Origin: a bacterium
GTDB taxonomy: Bacteria > Hinthialibacterota > Hinthialibacteria > Hinthialibacterales > Hinthialibacteraceae
NCBI GenBank assembly: GCA_041946805.1
Contig: JBHGBC010000023.1
Coordinates: 1 to 64,000, forward strand
Reading direction: 5' to 3'
DNA length: 64,000 bases
Below, in pieces: positions 19,554 through 29,605 of the stretch (its first letter is position 1; each line of letters starts with the position of its first letter). The notes under the pieces were generated by a model. It was given only the letters and a program-made list of their open reading frames with translations. It was not told the origin of the DNA and did no database searches. Both the position numbers and the translations under genes were made by a program.

Positions 19554-21365
19554 ATGAAAATCAGGATTCCGAATCCGTCCATCCGCAATATCGCCATCAT
19601 CGCTCACGTCGACCACGGCAAAACCACGTTGGTGGACTTCATGTTCCGTCAAAGCGGCCTCTTCCGCGCCAACCAGGAAGTCGCCGAACGCATAATGGAC
19701 AGCATGGACTTGGAGCGGGAGCGGGGGATCACCATCGCCGCCAAGAACTGTTCGGTGCATTGGGGCGGGGTGAAAATCAACATCCTGGACACGCCCGGGC
19801 ACGCGGATTTCGGAGGTGAGGTCGAGCGGGCCTTGATGATGGTGGACGGAGCCATCTTGCTGGTCGACGCCTCCGAAGGGCCGCTGCCGCAGACCCGGTT
19901 CGTGCTGAAAAAGGCGCTGGACGCGCATCTCAAGATCATCGTGGTGATCAACAAGATCGACCGCAAGGATGCGCGGGCGGAACAAGTGCTGAATGAAATC
20001 TACGACTTGTTCATCGACCTGGACGCCACCGAGGACCAGATCGAATTTCCCGTGTTGTACGCTATCGGGCGGGAGGGCATCGCGCAGCGGTCGCTGCATG
20101 AAAAAGGGGAAAATCTCACCCCCCTGTTCGAGGCCATCTTGAATGAAATCCCCGCCCCGTCGCACGATCCCGCCGAGCCGTTCCAAATGTTGGTGACCGA
20201 CCTGGATTATTCGGACTACCTCGGGCGGCTGGCGATCGGGAAAATCTCGAACGGCGCCGCGCGCAACCACGACAGCCTGGTGTGCCTGGGCCAGGACGGG
20301 AGGATCAATCCCCTGCGGGTCACGCGGCTGCAGGTGTACGAGGGAATCAATCTGAAGGAAGTGGACATGGTGGAACCGGGGGACATCGCCATCCTGGCGG
20401 GGATCGAGGACGTCTACATCGGCGACACCATCTGCACCCGCGAGAATCCCAAGGCCCTGCCCCGCATCACGGTGGACGAGCCGACGGTCTCGATGAAATT
20501 CGGCATCAACAATTCGCCCTTCGCCGGCAAGGAAGGCAAAATCATTCAATCCACCAAAATCCGCGAGCGGCTGATCAAGGAAACGCTCAGCAACGTGGCG
20601 CTGCAGGTGGAAGACACGGACGACGCCAACGTGTTTCTGGTGAAAGGGCGCGGCGAATTCCAGATGGTCATCCTGATCGAGACCCTGCGCCGCGAAGGCT
20701 ATGAACTGAGCGTGGGCCGCCCCCAGGTGATCTACAAGGAAGTGAACGGCAAATTGCTGGAGCCGGTGGAGCATTTATTCGTCGACTGCGACGAGGCGTT
20801 CGTGGGCATCGTCACCGAAAAGATCTCCACCCGCAAAGGCCGCATGGTGAATCTGGTCAACCACGGGACCGGCCGGGTGCGCATGGAGTTTTCCATCCCC
20901 TCGCGCGGATTGATCGGGTATCGCAATGAATTTCTCACCGACACCAAGGGAACCGGCATGATGAATTCATACCTGCAAGGCTATGAGGAATACCGGGGCG
21001 ATTTCCCCCTGCGGCTGACCGGCTCGATGGTGGCCGACCGGCAGGGCGTGGCGGTGTCGTACGCGCTGTTCAACCTGGAGCCGCGCGGGGTGTTGTTCGT
21101 CAATCCGGGCACGCCGGTGTACGAAGGCATGATCGTCGGCGAGCACAACCGCGCGAACGACATGAACGTCAACGCGTGCAAGGAGAAGAAACTCACCAAC
21201 ATGCGCAGCTCGAACAAGGATGACGGGATCATGCTCACGCCCGTGCTGCCCATGACGCTGGAGAAGGCGATCGAATTCATCCGCGAGGACGAATTGGTCG
21301 AAGTGACGCCCAAGTCCATCCGCCTGCGCAAGGCGGTCCTCCCCGCCGGCAAGCGCAAGGTGTGA
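19554..21365 (+). CDS. typA: Translational GTPase TypA/BipA
   Basis: [51 protein letters not shown]. Confidence 0.97.
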   Translation: MKIRIPNPSIRNIAIIAHVDHGKTTLVDFMFRQSGLFRANQEVAERIMDSMDLERERGITIAAKNCSVHWGGVKINILDTPGHADFGGEVERALMMVDGAILLVDASEGPLPQTRFVLKKALDAHLKIIVVINKIDRKDARAEQVLNEIYDLFIDLDATEDQIEFPVLYAIGREGIAQRSLHEKGENLTPLFEAILNEIPAPSHDPAEPFQMLVTDLDYSDYLGRLAIGKISNGAARNHDSLVCLGQDGRINPLRVTRLQVYEGINLKEVDMVEPGDIAILAGIEDVYIGDTICTRENPKALPRITVDEPTVSMKFGINNSPFAGKEGKIIQSTKIRERLIKETLSNVALQVEDTDDANVFLVKGRGEFQMVILIETLRREGYELSVGRPQVIYKEVNGKLLEPVEHLFVDCDEAFVGIVTEKISTRKGRMVNLVNHGTGRVRMEFSIPSRGLIGYRNEFLTDTKGTGMMNSYLQGYEEYRGDFPLRLTGSMVADRQGVAVSYALFNLEPRGVLFVNPGTPVYEGMIVGEHNRANDMNVNACKEKKLTNMRSSNKDDGIMLTPVLPMTLEKAIEFIREDELVEVTPKSIRLRKAVLPAGKRKV

Positions 21366-21457
21366 GTGTGATGCTTCTATCCACACCGGGGTGGGCCATG
21401 CTTCGCCACGATACCACCCCGGCAGGGCTTCTCCCCCCCCGCATGGCAGACCATGAC

Positions 21458-21710
21458 GTCATCCCCGCGAAGGCGGGGATCCTGGTGTTGTATCCGGCCT
21501 CTCTTATCCCCTCAGGGGATGAACGTGAATAGCCGTAGACGGCAGCCTACGGTTGCGTAAATAAAAAACCAATCCCGGCGGGGCCGTTTCCTTTCTTGAC
21601 ACCACCGGGGGTTGTCACCCCCGGCTATTCAGATTCCATCCCGCTGGGATTGGCCGCAGGCAAGATGCCTGCACCACAAGAACCTGGATCCCCGCTTACG
21701 CGGGGATGAC
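21458..21710. repeat. Inverted pair of family B REPs (GTCATCCCCGCGnAnGCGGGGATCC) enclosing family F and C repeats
   Basis: 21458-21482 (+) and 21686-21710 (-); a third family B copy lies at 31333-31357. Confidence 0.8.
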
Positions 21711-21864
21711 ATCCGGATACGGCTTGTGGGTGAAGATCGGCCCACCAGGTGAGAATCAGGGTAAGGGAATATCAAAAAAAACGGATCATCCAACAAGTGC
21801 GTACCCGCTGGAGAAGAAGGCATTTCATCTACTCGATGAAATTCGGGCGGATTTCAAAAACCGC

Positions 21865-21892
21865 TTGACAGAATCCCTTTTAATCATATAAT
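21865..21892 (+). promoter_or_regulatory. Sigma70-type promoter of the Rrf2 gene
   Basis: TTGACA-16 nt-TATAAT, both hexamers consensus. Confidence 0.75.
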
Positions 21893-21926
21893 GACATGTG
21901 TTTCATATATTAACACGGTCAAGAAT

Positions 21927-22343
21927 ATGCTTTCCAAAACGGGAATTCATGCCGTACGGGCCATGGTGGTGCTGGCCGACTTGCCGGAAGGTGCCTATGC
22001 CGGGGCGGTTTCGATCGCCGAGGTCATCAAGGCCCCCCGCAACTACCTGGGCAAGTTGCTGCAACTGCTGGCCCGCGAGGGACTCGTCGAATCCCAAAAA
22101 GGCATGGGCGGCGGCTTCCGGCTGGCCCGCCACCCCCGCGAGATCTCGCTGCTGGACGTGGTCGAGCCCATCGAGCACATCAGCCGCTGGAGCGGGTGCA
22201 TCATGGGCCGGGAAGTCTGCTCGGAAGAGGCGCCCTGCGCGATCCATCACCGGTGGAAAACCATCCGCGAGGCGTATCTTGAACTCTTGCGCGATACGCG
22301 GCTTGCGGATTTGATCGCGCATCCCCACGTTTTGGTACGGTAA
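21927..22343 (+). CDS. Rrf2-family transcriptional regulator (likely Fe-S binding)
   Basis: YLGKLLQ.L...GLVESQKGMGGGFRLA, ISLLDVVE; C-x6-C-x5-C-x2-H. Confidence 0.93.
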   Translation: MLSKTGIHAVRAMVVLADLPEGAYAGAVSIAEVIKAPRNYLGKLLQLLAREGLVESQKGMGGGFRLARHPREISLLDVVEPIEHISRWSGCIMGREVCSEEAPCAIHHRWKTIREAYLELLRDTRLADLIAHPHVLVR

Positions 22344-22407
22344 GGTTTTTTTTTCACCCTTAATAAGATAACCGTATGCTATTAGGTTATTAAAGAGGAA
22401 CGCTATC

Positions 22408-24306
22408 ATGGACAGCACGATGAACTGGATTAATCCGAAGACGATGATCCCTGATTTGTTGCAGGCGGCCCCCCAGGCCCGGCCGGTGTTGGACCGGTAT
22501 GGCCTGCGGGGATGCGGCGGACCGCTGGGACCGATGGAGACGTTGGAATTTTTCGCCAAGGCGCATGAGGTGTCCATGGAGGGACTGCTCACGGAACTAT
22601 GCGCGGCGGTGGCCAATGGCGCGGGTTCCAATCCACCGGCGGCGCGGCCGGTTCCTCCCATCCCTGAATTGGAGACCCGCCCGGAAGACGCCATCTACCG
22701 CCCCTTCTTCAAGGCGGGCATCGCCGTGGCGTTGACTCTGGGCGCGGTGTGGGGCGCGTATCTGCTGCTGCGCATCGCGATCGCGGGTTCGTTCACGGCG
22801 ATCGGCTATCACGAGGTCAACGCGCACGGCCACGCGCAGATTTTCGGCTGGGTGGGCCTGTTCGTGATGGGCTTCGCTTACCAGGCGTTCCCCCGCTTCA
22901 AGCACGCGTCGCTGGCCTATCCCCGGCTGGCGTTTATGACCTTGTGGATGATGGTCATCGGCCTCGTAACCCGGTCGGTTCTGGAGCCGGTCAGTGTTTT
23001 GGTCCAGGCGCTGCGTGGGGCGCCAATTCTCGCATCGGTGCTCGAAGTGGCGGCCATCGGGATGTTTGTCTGGATCATCGGGATGACTTGGCGGCGCTCC
23101 GGCAAGCCACTGGCCTACTATGATTATTACATCATCAGCGCGCTGGCGTGGTTCCTCATCCAGGCCGTGTACGAAACCGTGCTGTTCATCGCCACGATTT
23201 CCGCCCCCGGCCGCGAGCAACTATTGCACCTCATCGCTACTTGGCAGGCCCCGCTGCGCGAGATCCAGATCCATGGATTCGCGATGATGATGATCCTGGG
23301 TGTCAGCCAACGCATTTTCCATAACTTTTATGGCTTCTCCTCGCCCGATGTCCACCGGAGCCGGATCGCGCTGTGGGGACTCAATCTCGGCCTCGTGGGG
23401 GAAATCACGGGATTTATCCTGATGCGTACCAGCGCCCACGCCTGGGCGGCCTTGTGGTACGGCTCCATCCTGCTGCTGGCGGCCAGCGTGGCGTTCCTGG
23501 TGGCGGATTGGAAGATCTTCTCACACCCGGAGGAACGGGACCGCAACCTCAAGTTCCTGCGCGCCGCGTATGTCTGGCTATTCATTTCACTGGCCATGCT
23601 GGTGCTGCTGCCCGTGTATCAATGGGTGATTCTCCCCGCCTTCGCGCCGGCGGGCGAGGCGGTGGCCACCGGTTTCTCGCATGCCTGCTACGGGGCGATC
23701 CGCCACGCGATCACGGTGGGCTTCATCAGCCTGATGATCGTGGGCGTGGCCGCCAAGGTGGTCCCCACGCTGAACGGTGTTGATCTCCGGAGCCTGGCGC
23801 AGCTGTGGATTCCCTTCGTGCTGATCAACACCGGCTGCGCGCTGCGGGTGGCGGGACAGACATTGACCGATTTCTCCCCGGCGTTCTTCCCCCTCGCGGG
23901 AATCAGCGGCTGGCTGGAAGTCTCGGGCCTGGCGGTGTGGGGCGCGCATCTCCTTCAGGTGATGGCGGGCCGCGCGCGGTTGCGCAATCCCCGGCATGTC
24001 CTGGCGGGCCGCTATACTCCCCTGTCGCGGCAGGCGCCCATCGCGGCCACCAGCCTGGTGGGAGATGTGCTCGACGCCTATCCAAATCTGGTGAAAACCT
24101 TCGTTGCCTTTGGCTTCACACCTCTCCAAAATCCGGTATTGCGGGCCACGATCGCCCGGACGGTCACGATCCAGGCCGCCTGCCGGAAATTGGGCGTGGA
24201 TGTGAACGAAATGCTGCAGGCGCTCAACGCCGCCCGGGAACGGGCCACGCCCGCGCGCGCCGATACGCCCCGGTTGTACCAAATCTCGTTGGATCCCGTA
24301 AAATAG
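22408..24306 (+). CDS. NnrS-like membrane protein with N-terminal ScdA_N-like and C-terminal DUF1858-like domains
   Basis: VLDRYGLRGCGG N-domain; HGHAQIFGW, QIHGF, RHAITVGF in the TM core; VGDVLDAYP...FGF..L.NP C-domain. Confidence 0.7.
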   Translation: MDSTMNWINPKTMIPDLLQAAPQARPVLDRYGLRGCGGPLGPMETLEFFAKAHEVSMEGLLTELCAAVANGAGSNPPAARPVPPIPELETRPEDAIYRPFFKAGIAVALTLGAVWGAYLLLRIAIAGSFTAIGYHEVNAHGHAQIFGWVGLFVMGFAYQAFPRFKHASLAYPRLAFMTLWMMVIGLVTRSVLEPVSVLVQALRGAPILASVLEVAAIGMFVWIIGMTWRRSGKPLAYYDYYIISALAWFLIQAVYETVLFIATISAPGREQLLHLIATWQAPLREIQIHGFAMMMILGVSQRIFHNFYGFSSPDVHRSRIALWGLNLGLVGEITGFILMRTSAHAWAALWYGSILLLAASVAFLVADWKIFSHPEERDRNLKFLRAAYVWLFISLAMLVLLPVYQWVILPAFAPAGEAVATGFSHACYGAIRHAITVGFISLMIVGVAAKVVPTLNGVDLRSLAQLWIPFVLINTGCALRVAGQTLTDFSPAFFPLAGISGWLEVSGLAVWGAHLLQVMAGRARLRNPRHVLAGRYTPLSRQAPIAATSLVGDVLDAYPNLVKTFVAFGFTPLQNPVLRATIARTVTIQAACRKLGVDVNEMLQALNAARERATPARADTPRLYQISLDPVK

Positions 24307-24337
24307 GAGAGGGACGGAGTGAGAACCGCCGGCTTGT

Positions 24338-24438
24338 AGCGCCAACGGCGAGTTTACGCTAGCCCAAGGCTTTAGCCCGGGGATGGTGGAAACAAAAACC
24401 AATAAGCCCCTCTCCCTCTGGGAGAGGGCTGGAGTGAG
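24338..24438 (-). repeat. Composite MITE-like element with nested REP A (24408-24438)
   Basis: agcgccaacggcg...tagcccaaggctttagcccggg...ccctctccctctgggagaggg. Confidence 0.7.
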
Positions 24439-24520
24439 AAAATATCTTTCCGCGGTTTTCTTCCAACCGCGAAAGTAATCTCAGCCCATGAATCCACTTA
24501 AAAAGAGAAAGGAGAACATC

Positions 24521-25150
24521 ATGAAACTGACCAAGGGACTGATACTCACAATCACGTTGATGAGCTTGGCCGGGGCGCATCCCGGACGGGTGTTCGCGCA
24601 TTGCGACACATTGGACGGCCCGGTGGTCCAGGACGCGCGGAAGGCTCTCGAGCGGAAGGATGTCACGCCGGTGTTGAAATGGATCCCCCAAGAAGATGAA
24701 AGCGCGGTTCGCGAGGCGTTCGACAAGACCCTGGCGGTGCGAGGGCTGAGCAATGAAGCCCGCGGCCTGGCGGATCTGTACTTCTTCGAAACGCTGGTGC
24801 GGATCCACCGCCAGTCGGAAGGCGCTCCCTACACCGGTCTGAAGCCCGCAGGATCCGTGGATCCCCTCATTGCCGAGGCGGACCGGTCGCTGGAGAGCGG
24901 TTCGGTGGAGAAATTGGAAACACTAGTGCTCGAGGCGGTCAAGCAGGGTATTCACGAAACCTTTCATGAAGCGGTTCAGGCCAAGAAAAACGTGGACACG
25001 AGCGTCGCGGCCGGCCGCGAGTTCGTGAAGGCCTACGTCACCTTCGTGCATTACGTGGAACGGATCTACCAGGCTGCCCACAACCGGACGGCGCATGAAG
25101 GCCACGAACCCGCTCCCGCTCCGGCAAGCGCGGAACACCAAGGGCATTGA
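24521..25150 (+). CDS. Exported DUF6448-like protein
   Basis: AAGGAG RBS; signal peptide ending VFA; HCDTLDGPVV, FFETLVRIHR, APYTGLKPAG; His-rich tail. Confidence 0.8.
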   Translation: MKLTKGLILTITLMSLAGAHPGRVFAHCDTLDGPVVQDARKALERKDVTPVLKWIPQEDESAVREAFDKTLAVRGLSNEARGLADLYFFETLVRIHRQSEGAPYTGLKPAGSVDPLIAEADRSLESGSVEKLETLVLEAVKQGIHETFHEAVQAKKNVDTSVAAGREFVKAYVTFVHYVERIYQAAHNRTAHEGHEPAPAPASAEHQGH

Positions 25151-25226
25151 ATCAGTACCAAAAGGCCTGTGGCGCAATGTGATCCTCCGCAAGAGAAGTT
25201 TCCAGGAAAAGGAAAGGTAATTGTCT

Positions 25227-25306
25227 CCCTCTCCCTTTGGGAGAGGGCCGGGGTGAGGGAAAACGAAGCGAGAAATCCCCTTACACCTTCTCCCAGGGGG
25301 AGAGGG
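25227..25306. repeat. Inverted pair of family A REPs
   Basis: 25227-25259 (-) and degenerate 25277-25306 (+). Confidence 0.75.
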
Positions 25307-25372
25307 AAATAAGTGATGAATACCCAATGCGTGAATCACGCTAAATCAATCAACCGTAACGGAGGAATAAGG

Positions 25373-25984
25373 ATGAAACCGACAGACATCCTCATGCAGG
25401 AACACCGGGTGATCGAAGTGGTCTTGGATTGCCTCGAAGGCATCGTGGGCGAGGCGGCCGCGCAAGGCCGGTTGGACAAGGGCGCGGCCGGCCAGGCGAT
25501 CGACTTTTTCAAGATGTTCGCGGACACCTGCCACCACGGAAAAGAGGAAGCGCACCTGTTCCCCATGATGGAAGCCCGGGGCTTCCACCGGGAGAACGGG
25601 CCGACCGGCCAGATGCTCCTGGAACACGAGGAAGGCCGCGCCCACATTCAGGGCATGCGGGCCGCGCTGGACCTGGCGGCGGAAGGTGACAAACCGGCCC
25701 TGCAACAATTCGCGCGTCACGCCAACGCCTATGTCGGCCTGCTGCGGGAACACATCCGCAAGGAGGACCATTGCCTCTTCCCCATGGCCAACCAGGCCAT
25801 GAGCGAGGCGGACCAACAGGACCTGGCGTCGCGTTTCCATCACGTGGAGAGCCAGGAAATGGGCGAGGGTACCCATGAGAGATACCTTGCCATCGCCGAA
25901 GCCTTGGCCGCAAAATACGGCGTGGAGAACGCCGCGGCGCTCGCGTCCGCCGGGACGTGCGCCTGCCAACATCATTCGCATTGA
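25373..25984 (+). CDS. Hemerythrin-domain protein
   Basis: LMQEHRVI, CHHGKEE, EHEEGR, HIRKED; GGAGG RBS; C-terminal CACQHHSH. Confidence 0.9.
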   Translation: MKPTDILMQEHRVIEVVLDCLEGIVGEAAAQGRLDKGAAGQAIDFFKMFADTCHHGKEEAHLFPMMEARGFHRENGPTGQMLLEHEEGRAHIQGMRAALDLAAEGDKPALQQFARHANAYVGLLREHIRKEDHCLFPMANQAMSEADQQDLASRFHHVESQEMGEGTHERYLAIAEALAAKYGVENAAALASAGTCACQHHSH

Positions 25985-26009
25985 GCGACGAATCGAGGAG
26001 AAAAACAAC

Positions 26010-28304
26010 ATGATTTCCAACGGATTGAAAGGCTTGTTTTTGTTTTCGTTGTTTGGGGCGGTGGCCATTACTCTCGTGGGCGGCTGGTACACCTGGGAAG
26101 CCGCGCCACCCTACCCGGCGCAGGTCGTAGGTCCGGATGGCGCGGTCGTGACGACGCGCGACTCCATCATGCAAGGGCAGCATGTCTGGCAGAAGTACGG
26201 ATTGATGGACAACGGCTCGGTCTGGGGGCATGGGACCTACCGCGGTAACGACTACACCGCGACCTCCCTCCACCTGATGGGCCAATTCATGCGCGATGCG
26301 CACGCGCAAAAGGATTTCGGTAAAACTTATGCGGATCTCTCCCGGGAACAGCAGGTGGTGCTGGACGACCGGGTGATCCGCGAACTGAAGGAAAACCGGC
26401 TGGACGAAGCCACGCTGACCCTGCGCCTCACCGAAGCGGAAGCGGCGGCGGTGCAAAAGCTGCGCGAGCATTGGGGCCGGATTTTCGTGGAAGGCGACAA
26501 ACCCACCGCGGTCTCGGCCGGCGTGTTGAAATCCGCCGAGGAAGCCCGCGACCTGTCCGACTTCTTCTATTGGACCGCCTGGGCCGCCGGGACCTTGCGG
26601 CCGGGCAAGACCCTGACCTACACCAACAACTGGCCGCCGGACCGCAGCGTCGGCAACGAAATCGCCACCGAGGCGGTGATCTGGTCGATCGCCTCGCTGC
26701 TGGGCCTGATGGCGGCAGTGGGCGCGGCGCTGGCCGCCTTCTTCAAATTCAACTTCGACAAGGATCTCGACGGATTGGAACTGGATGAAAAGGTGGGCGA
26801 GCGGATCATCAACCTGCCCATCTCGTCCAGCCAGCGCAAAACCGCGAAGTATTTCCTGATCGTGGTGGTTCTCTTCTTCCTGCAGTTGATGCAAGGCGGG
26901 CTGATGGCCCACTATACCGTGCATCCCGGCGAGTTCTACGGGATCAAGGCGGTCTCGGACAACGTGCCCTACAACTGGCCGAAGAGCTGGCACCTGCAGC
27001 TGGCCATTTTCTGGATCGCCACCGCCTGGATCGGGGCGGCGTTGTACCTCGCCCCCATCGCCGGGCGGAAGGAACCGAAATACCAGGGCCTGCTGGTGGA
27101 CATCCTCTTCGGCGCGGTGGTCTTCGTGGCCCTGGGTTCCCTGTTCGGCACGGTGCTGGGCGTGAAGGGCCTGGCGGGCTCCTGGTGGTTCTGGATCGGC
27201 CATCAAGGGTGGGAGTTTTTGGAGCTGGGCCGGCTGTGGCAGATCCTGCTCTTCGCGGGACTGATCATCTGGCTGGTGCTGGTGGCGCGCGCGGTCAAAC
27301 CCAATTTCGGCGCGGGACAGGACCGCTGGGGCACGGTGCCTTTCTACACCTATTCCGCCATCGCCATCGTTTCGTTCTTCGCCTTCGGTTTGTTCTACAC
27401 ACCGAACACACATCTGACGGTGGCCGATTTCTGGCGCTGGTGGGTGGTGCACACCTGGGTGGAGGGCATTTTTGAATTCTTCGCGGCGGCGGCCATGGCC
27501 TACGTGGTTATCACTCTGGGCCTCGCTCCCAAGCGCAAGGCGCTGCGGGCGGCTTATTTCACCGCCAGCCTGGCGCTCTTCTCGGGCATCATCGGCGTCG
27601 GCCACCATTACTACTGGTTCGGCGATCCCGATATCTGGCTTTCCTTAGGCGGCGTTATCTCCACCATGGAGCCCGTGCCCATCCTGTTGCTGCTGCTGAA
27701 GGTGGCGTTGGATTCGCGCCATTCGCCGATCACCAGTGATGCCTATCCGTACAAATGGCCCATGCTCTTCATGGGCGCCTCGGCGGGCTGGGCGTTTCTG
27801 GGCGCGGGTGTGTTCGGATTCATCATCACCACTCCGATGGTCAATTACTACGAGCATTCCACCTATCTGACCATGAATCACGGCCACACCGCGCTGTTCG
27901 GCACCTACGGCATGCTGGCCATCGGCCTGCTGCTCTTCTCGCTGCGCGGCCTGGTCAAGCCCCAAGCCTGGAACAACACGCTGCTGAAGTTCGCCTTCGC
28001 GGGCATGAACGGCGGCCTCTTCCTGATGGCCATCTTCACCCTGTTGCCGGTCGGCTTCCTGCAGACGTGGGATTCCTTCGTGAACGGGTTGTGGCACGCC
28101 CGCAGTCCGGAATTCTACAACCAGCCGGCGGTGCTCTTCATCGGCCAGTGGCGGATCATCCCCGACTTGATCATCATCGCGGGCGCCGCGTGCCTGGTGC
28201 TGTTCGTGATTCAGGCCTGCCTGAATCTCAAGCCCGTGGAAGTTCAGGAAGAGGAAGAACTCGACATTCCCGCGGCGGAAATATCGCCCGCGGCGGCTGT
28301 CTGA
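26010..28304 (+). CDS. norB: Quinol-dependent nitric oxide reductase (qNor/NorZ)
   Basis: GSVWGHG, YTNNWP, WHLQLAIFW, WWVVHTWVEG, GHHYYW, HGHTALFG; GAGGAG RBS. Confidence 0.92.
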   Translation: MISNGLKGLFLFSLFGAVAITLVGGWYTWEAAPPYPAQVVGPDGAVVTTRDSIMQGQHVWQKYGLMDNGSVWGHGTYRGNDYTATSLHLMGQFMRDAHAQKDFGKTYADLSREQQVVLDDRVIRELKENRLDEATLTLRLTEAEAAAVQKLREHWGRIFVEGDKPTAVSAGVLKSAEEARDLSDFFYWTAWAAGTLRPGKTLTYTNNWPPDRSVGNEIATEAVIWSIASLLGLMAAVGAALAAFFKFNFDKDLDGLELDEKVGERIINLPISSSQRKTAKYFLIVVVLFFLQLMQGGLMAHYTVHPGEFYGIKAVSDNVPYNWPKSWHLQLAIFWIATAWIGAALYLAPIAGRKEPKYQGLLVDILFGAVVFVALGSLFGTVLGVKGLAGSWWFWIGHQGWEFLELGRLWQILLFAGLIIWLVLVARAVKPNFGAGQDRWGTVPFYTYSAIAIVSFFAFGLFYTPNTHLTVADFWRWWVVHTWVEGIFEFFAAAAMAYVVITLGLAPKRKALRAAYFTASLALFSGIIGVGHHYYWFGDPDIWLSLGGVISTMEPVPILLLLLKVALDSRHSPITSDAYPYKWPMLFMGASAGWAFLGAGVFGFIITTPMVNYYEHSTYLTMNHGHTALFGTYGMLAIGLLLFSLRGLVKPQAWNNTLLKFAFAGMNGGLFLMAIFTLLPVGFLQTWDSFVNGLWHARSPEFYNQPAVLFIGQWRIIPDLIIIAGAACLVLFVIQACLNLKPVEVQEEEELDIPAAEISPAAAV

Positions 28305-28329
28305 TTGTCTGGCTTCCATCGAACGTAAG

Positions 28330-28372
28330 GGGAGAAAACCCAGTGGGATTTGGGTTCCTCCCCTTTTTTATT
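28330..28372. terminator. Intrinsic terminator between the convergent qNor and PLP-enzyme genes
   Basis: ggggagaaaaccc...gggttcctcccc followed by a T-run. Confidence 0.65.
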
Positions 28373-28456
28373 TGAATGGGGAGGGAAGGAATGAGAGGAT
28401 GATCAGAACATCAAAGGATTAAGGATTGCCGCGTCCATCCATCTCCTGACTCTCAC

Positions 28457-29605
28457 TCAATTGTGAGCCTTTTCCAGCGCCTGGGCCAGATCGGCGATGA
28501 GGTCGTCCGGATGCTCGATGCCCACGGAAATCCGCACCGTGCCGGGCGTGATGCCGGCGGTGATCCGGGCGTCCTCGGGCATGGAGGCGTGGCTCATGGA
28601 CCAGGGTTGTTCGATCAGCGTTTCCACCCCGCCCAACGATTCCGCCAAGGACATCAACTTGACTTGGTTGAAGAAGGCGGTGGGATTGACCTTGTCCGTG
28701 TCCAACTCGCAGGAAACCATGCCGCCGAAGCCGTACATCTGCCGCTGGGCGAGTTCATGCCGCGGATGAGTTTCCAATCCCGGGTAATACACTTGCTTCA
28801 CCAGGGGGTGCGTATGGAGATAGCGGGCGATGGCTATCGCGCCTTTCTGGTGCGCTTCCATGCGCTGGGGCAGGGTTTTGACGCCGCGCAAGACCAGCCA
28901 CGCGTCGAAAGGCGACCCGGCGGTGCCCAGGCAGTTGACATAGAATCCCACTTTTTCGGCGTGTTCCGGTTTCCGGACGATGACCGCGCCGCCCACCACG
29001 TCGCTATGGCCGTTGAGGTACTTGGTGGTCGAATGCACCACGATATCCACCCCGAACTCGAACGGGCGTTGAAAATAGGGGGATAGAAACGTGTTGTCGC
29101 ATATGGTAAGGAGATTGCGCCGGCGCGCGATATTCACGACGGCTTCGATATCCACGATATTCAGCAGCGGATTGGAGGGGGTTTCGATCCAAATCCCCTT
29201 CGTGTTGGGGCGGATGGCTTTTTCCACCCGCGCCGGATCTTGCATGTCGACGAAGGAGCATTCCAAACCGAACTGGTCGAAGGCGCTGGTCAGCAGCCGG
29301 TAAGTCCCCCCGTAGATGTCGTTGCCCGTGACCAGGTGGTCTCCCTGTTTGAACAGAAACAGCACCGAGGTCTCGGCGGCCATGCCGGTACAGGTGATCC
29401 AGGCGTCGGTCCCCCCCTCGAGGGCCGCGAGGTTTTTGGCGAGCGCGGCGCGGGTGGGATTGCCGGACCGGGTGTAGTCAAAACCCCGGTTCTTGCCGAT
29501 TTCGTCAAAGGCGAAGGTGGAGGTGGGGTAGATGGGCGTGATGACCGAATTGTAGGTCTTGTCGATGGCGACGCCTTCATGCACCGCCTTGGTTTCAAAT
29601 CGCAT
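28457..29605 (-). CDS. Cystathionine gamma-synthase/lyase family PLP enzyme
   Basis: YTRSGNPTR, ETPSNP, DNTF, STTKYLNGHSD (PLP Lys), AESLGGVE. Confidence 0.93.
   Translation of the reverse strand: MRFETKAVHEGVAIDKTYNSVITPIYPTSTFAFDEIGKNRGFDYTRSGNPTRAALAKNLAALEGGTDAWITCTGMAAETSVLFLFKQGDHLVTGNDIYGGTYRLLTSAFDQFGLECSFVDMQDPARVEKAIRPNTKGIWIETPSNPLLNIVDIEAVVNIARRRNLLTICDNTFLSPYFQRPFEFGVDIVVHSTTKYLNGHSDVVGGAVIVRKPEHAEKVGFYVNCLGTAGSPFDAWLVLRGVKTLPQRMEAHQKGAIAIARYLHTHPLVKQVYYPGLETHPRHELAQRQMYGFGGMVSCELDTDKVNPTAFFNQVKLMSLAESLGGVETLIEQPWSMSHASMPEDARITAGITPGTVRISVGIEHPDDLIADLAQALEKAHN

Noticed and set aside
26010..28304. qNor as an NO dismutase (Nod)
   Set aside because: The non-heme Fe His ligands (HTWVE, GHH) and the downstream Glu are canonical; Nod-type His-to-Asn and Glu-to-Gln changes are absent.
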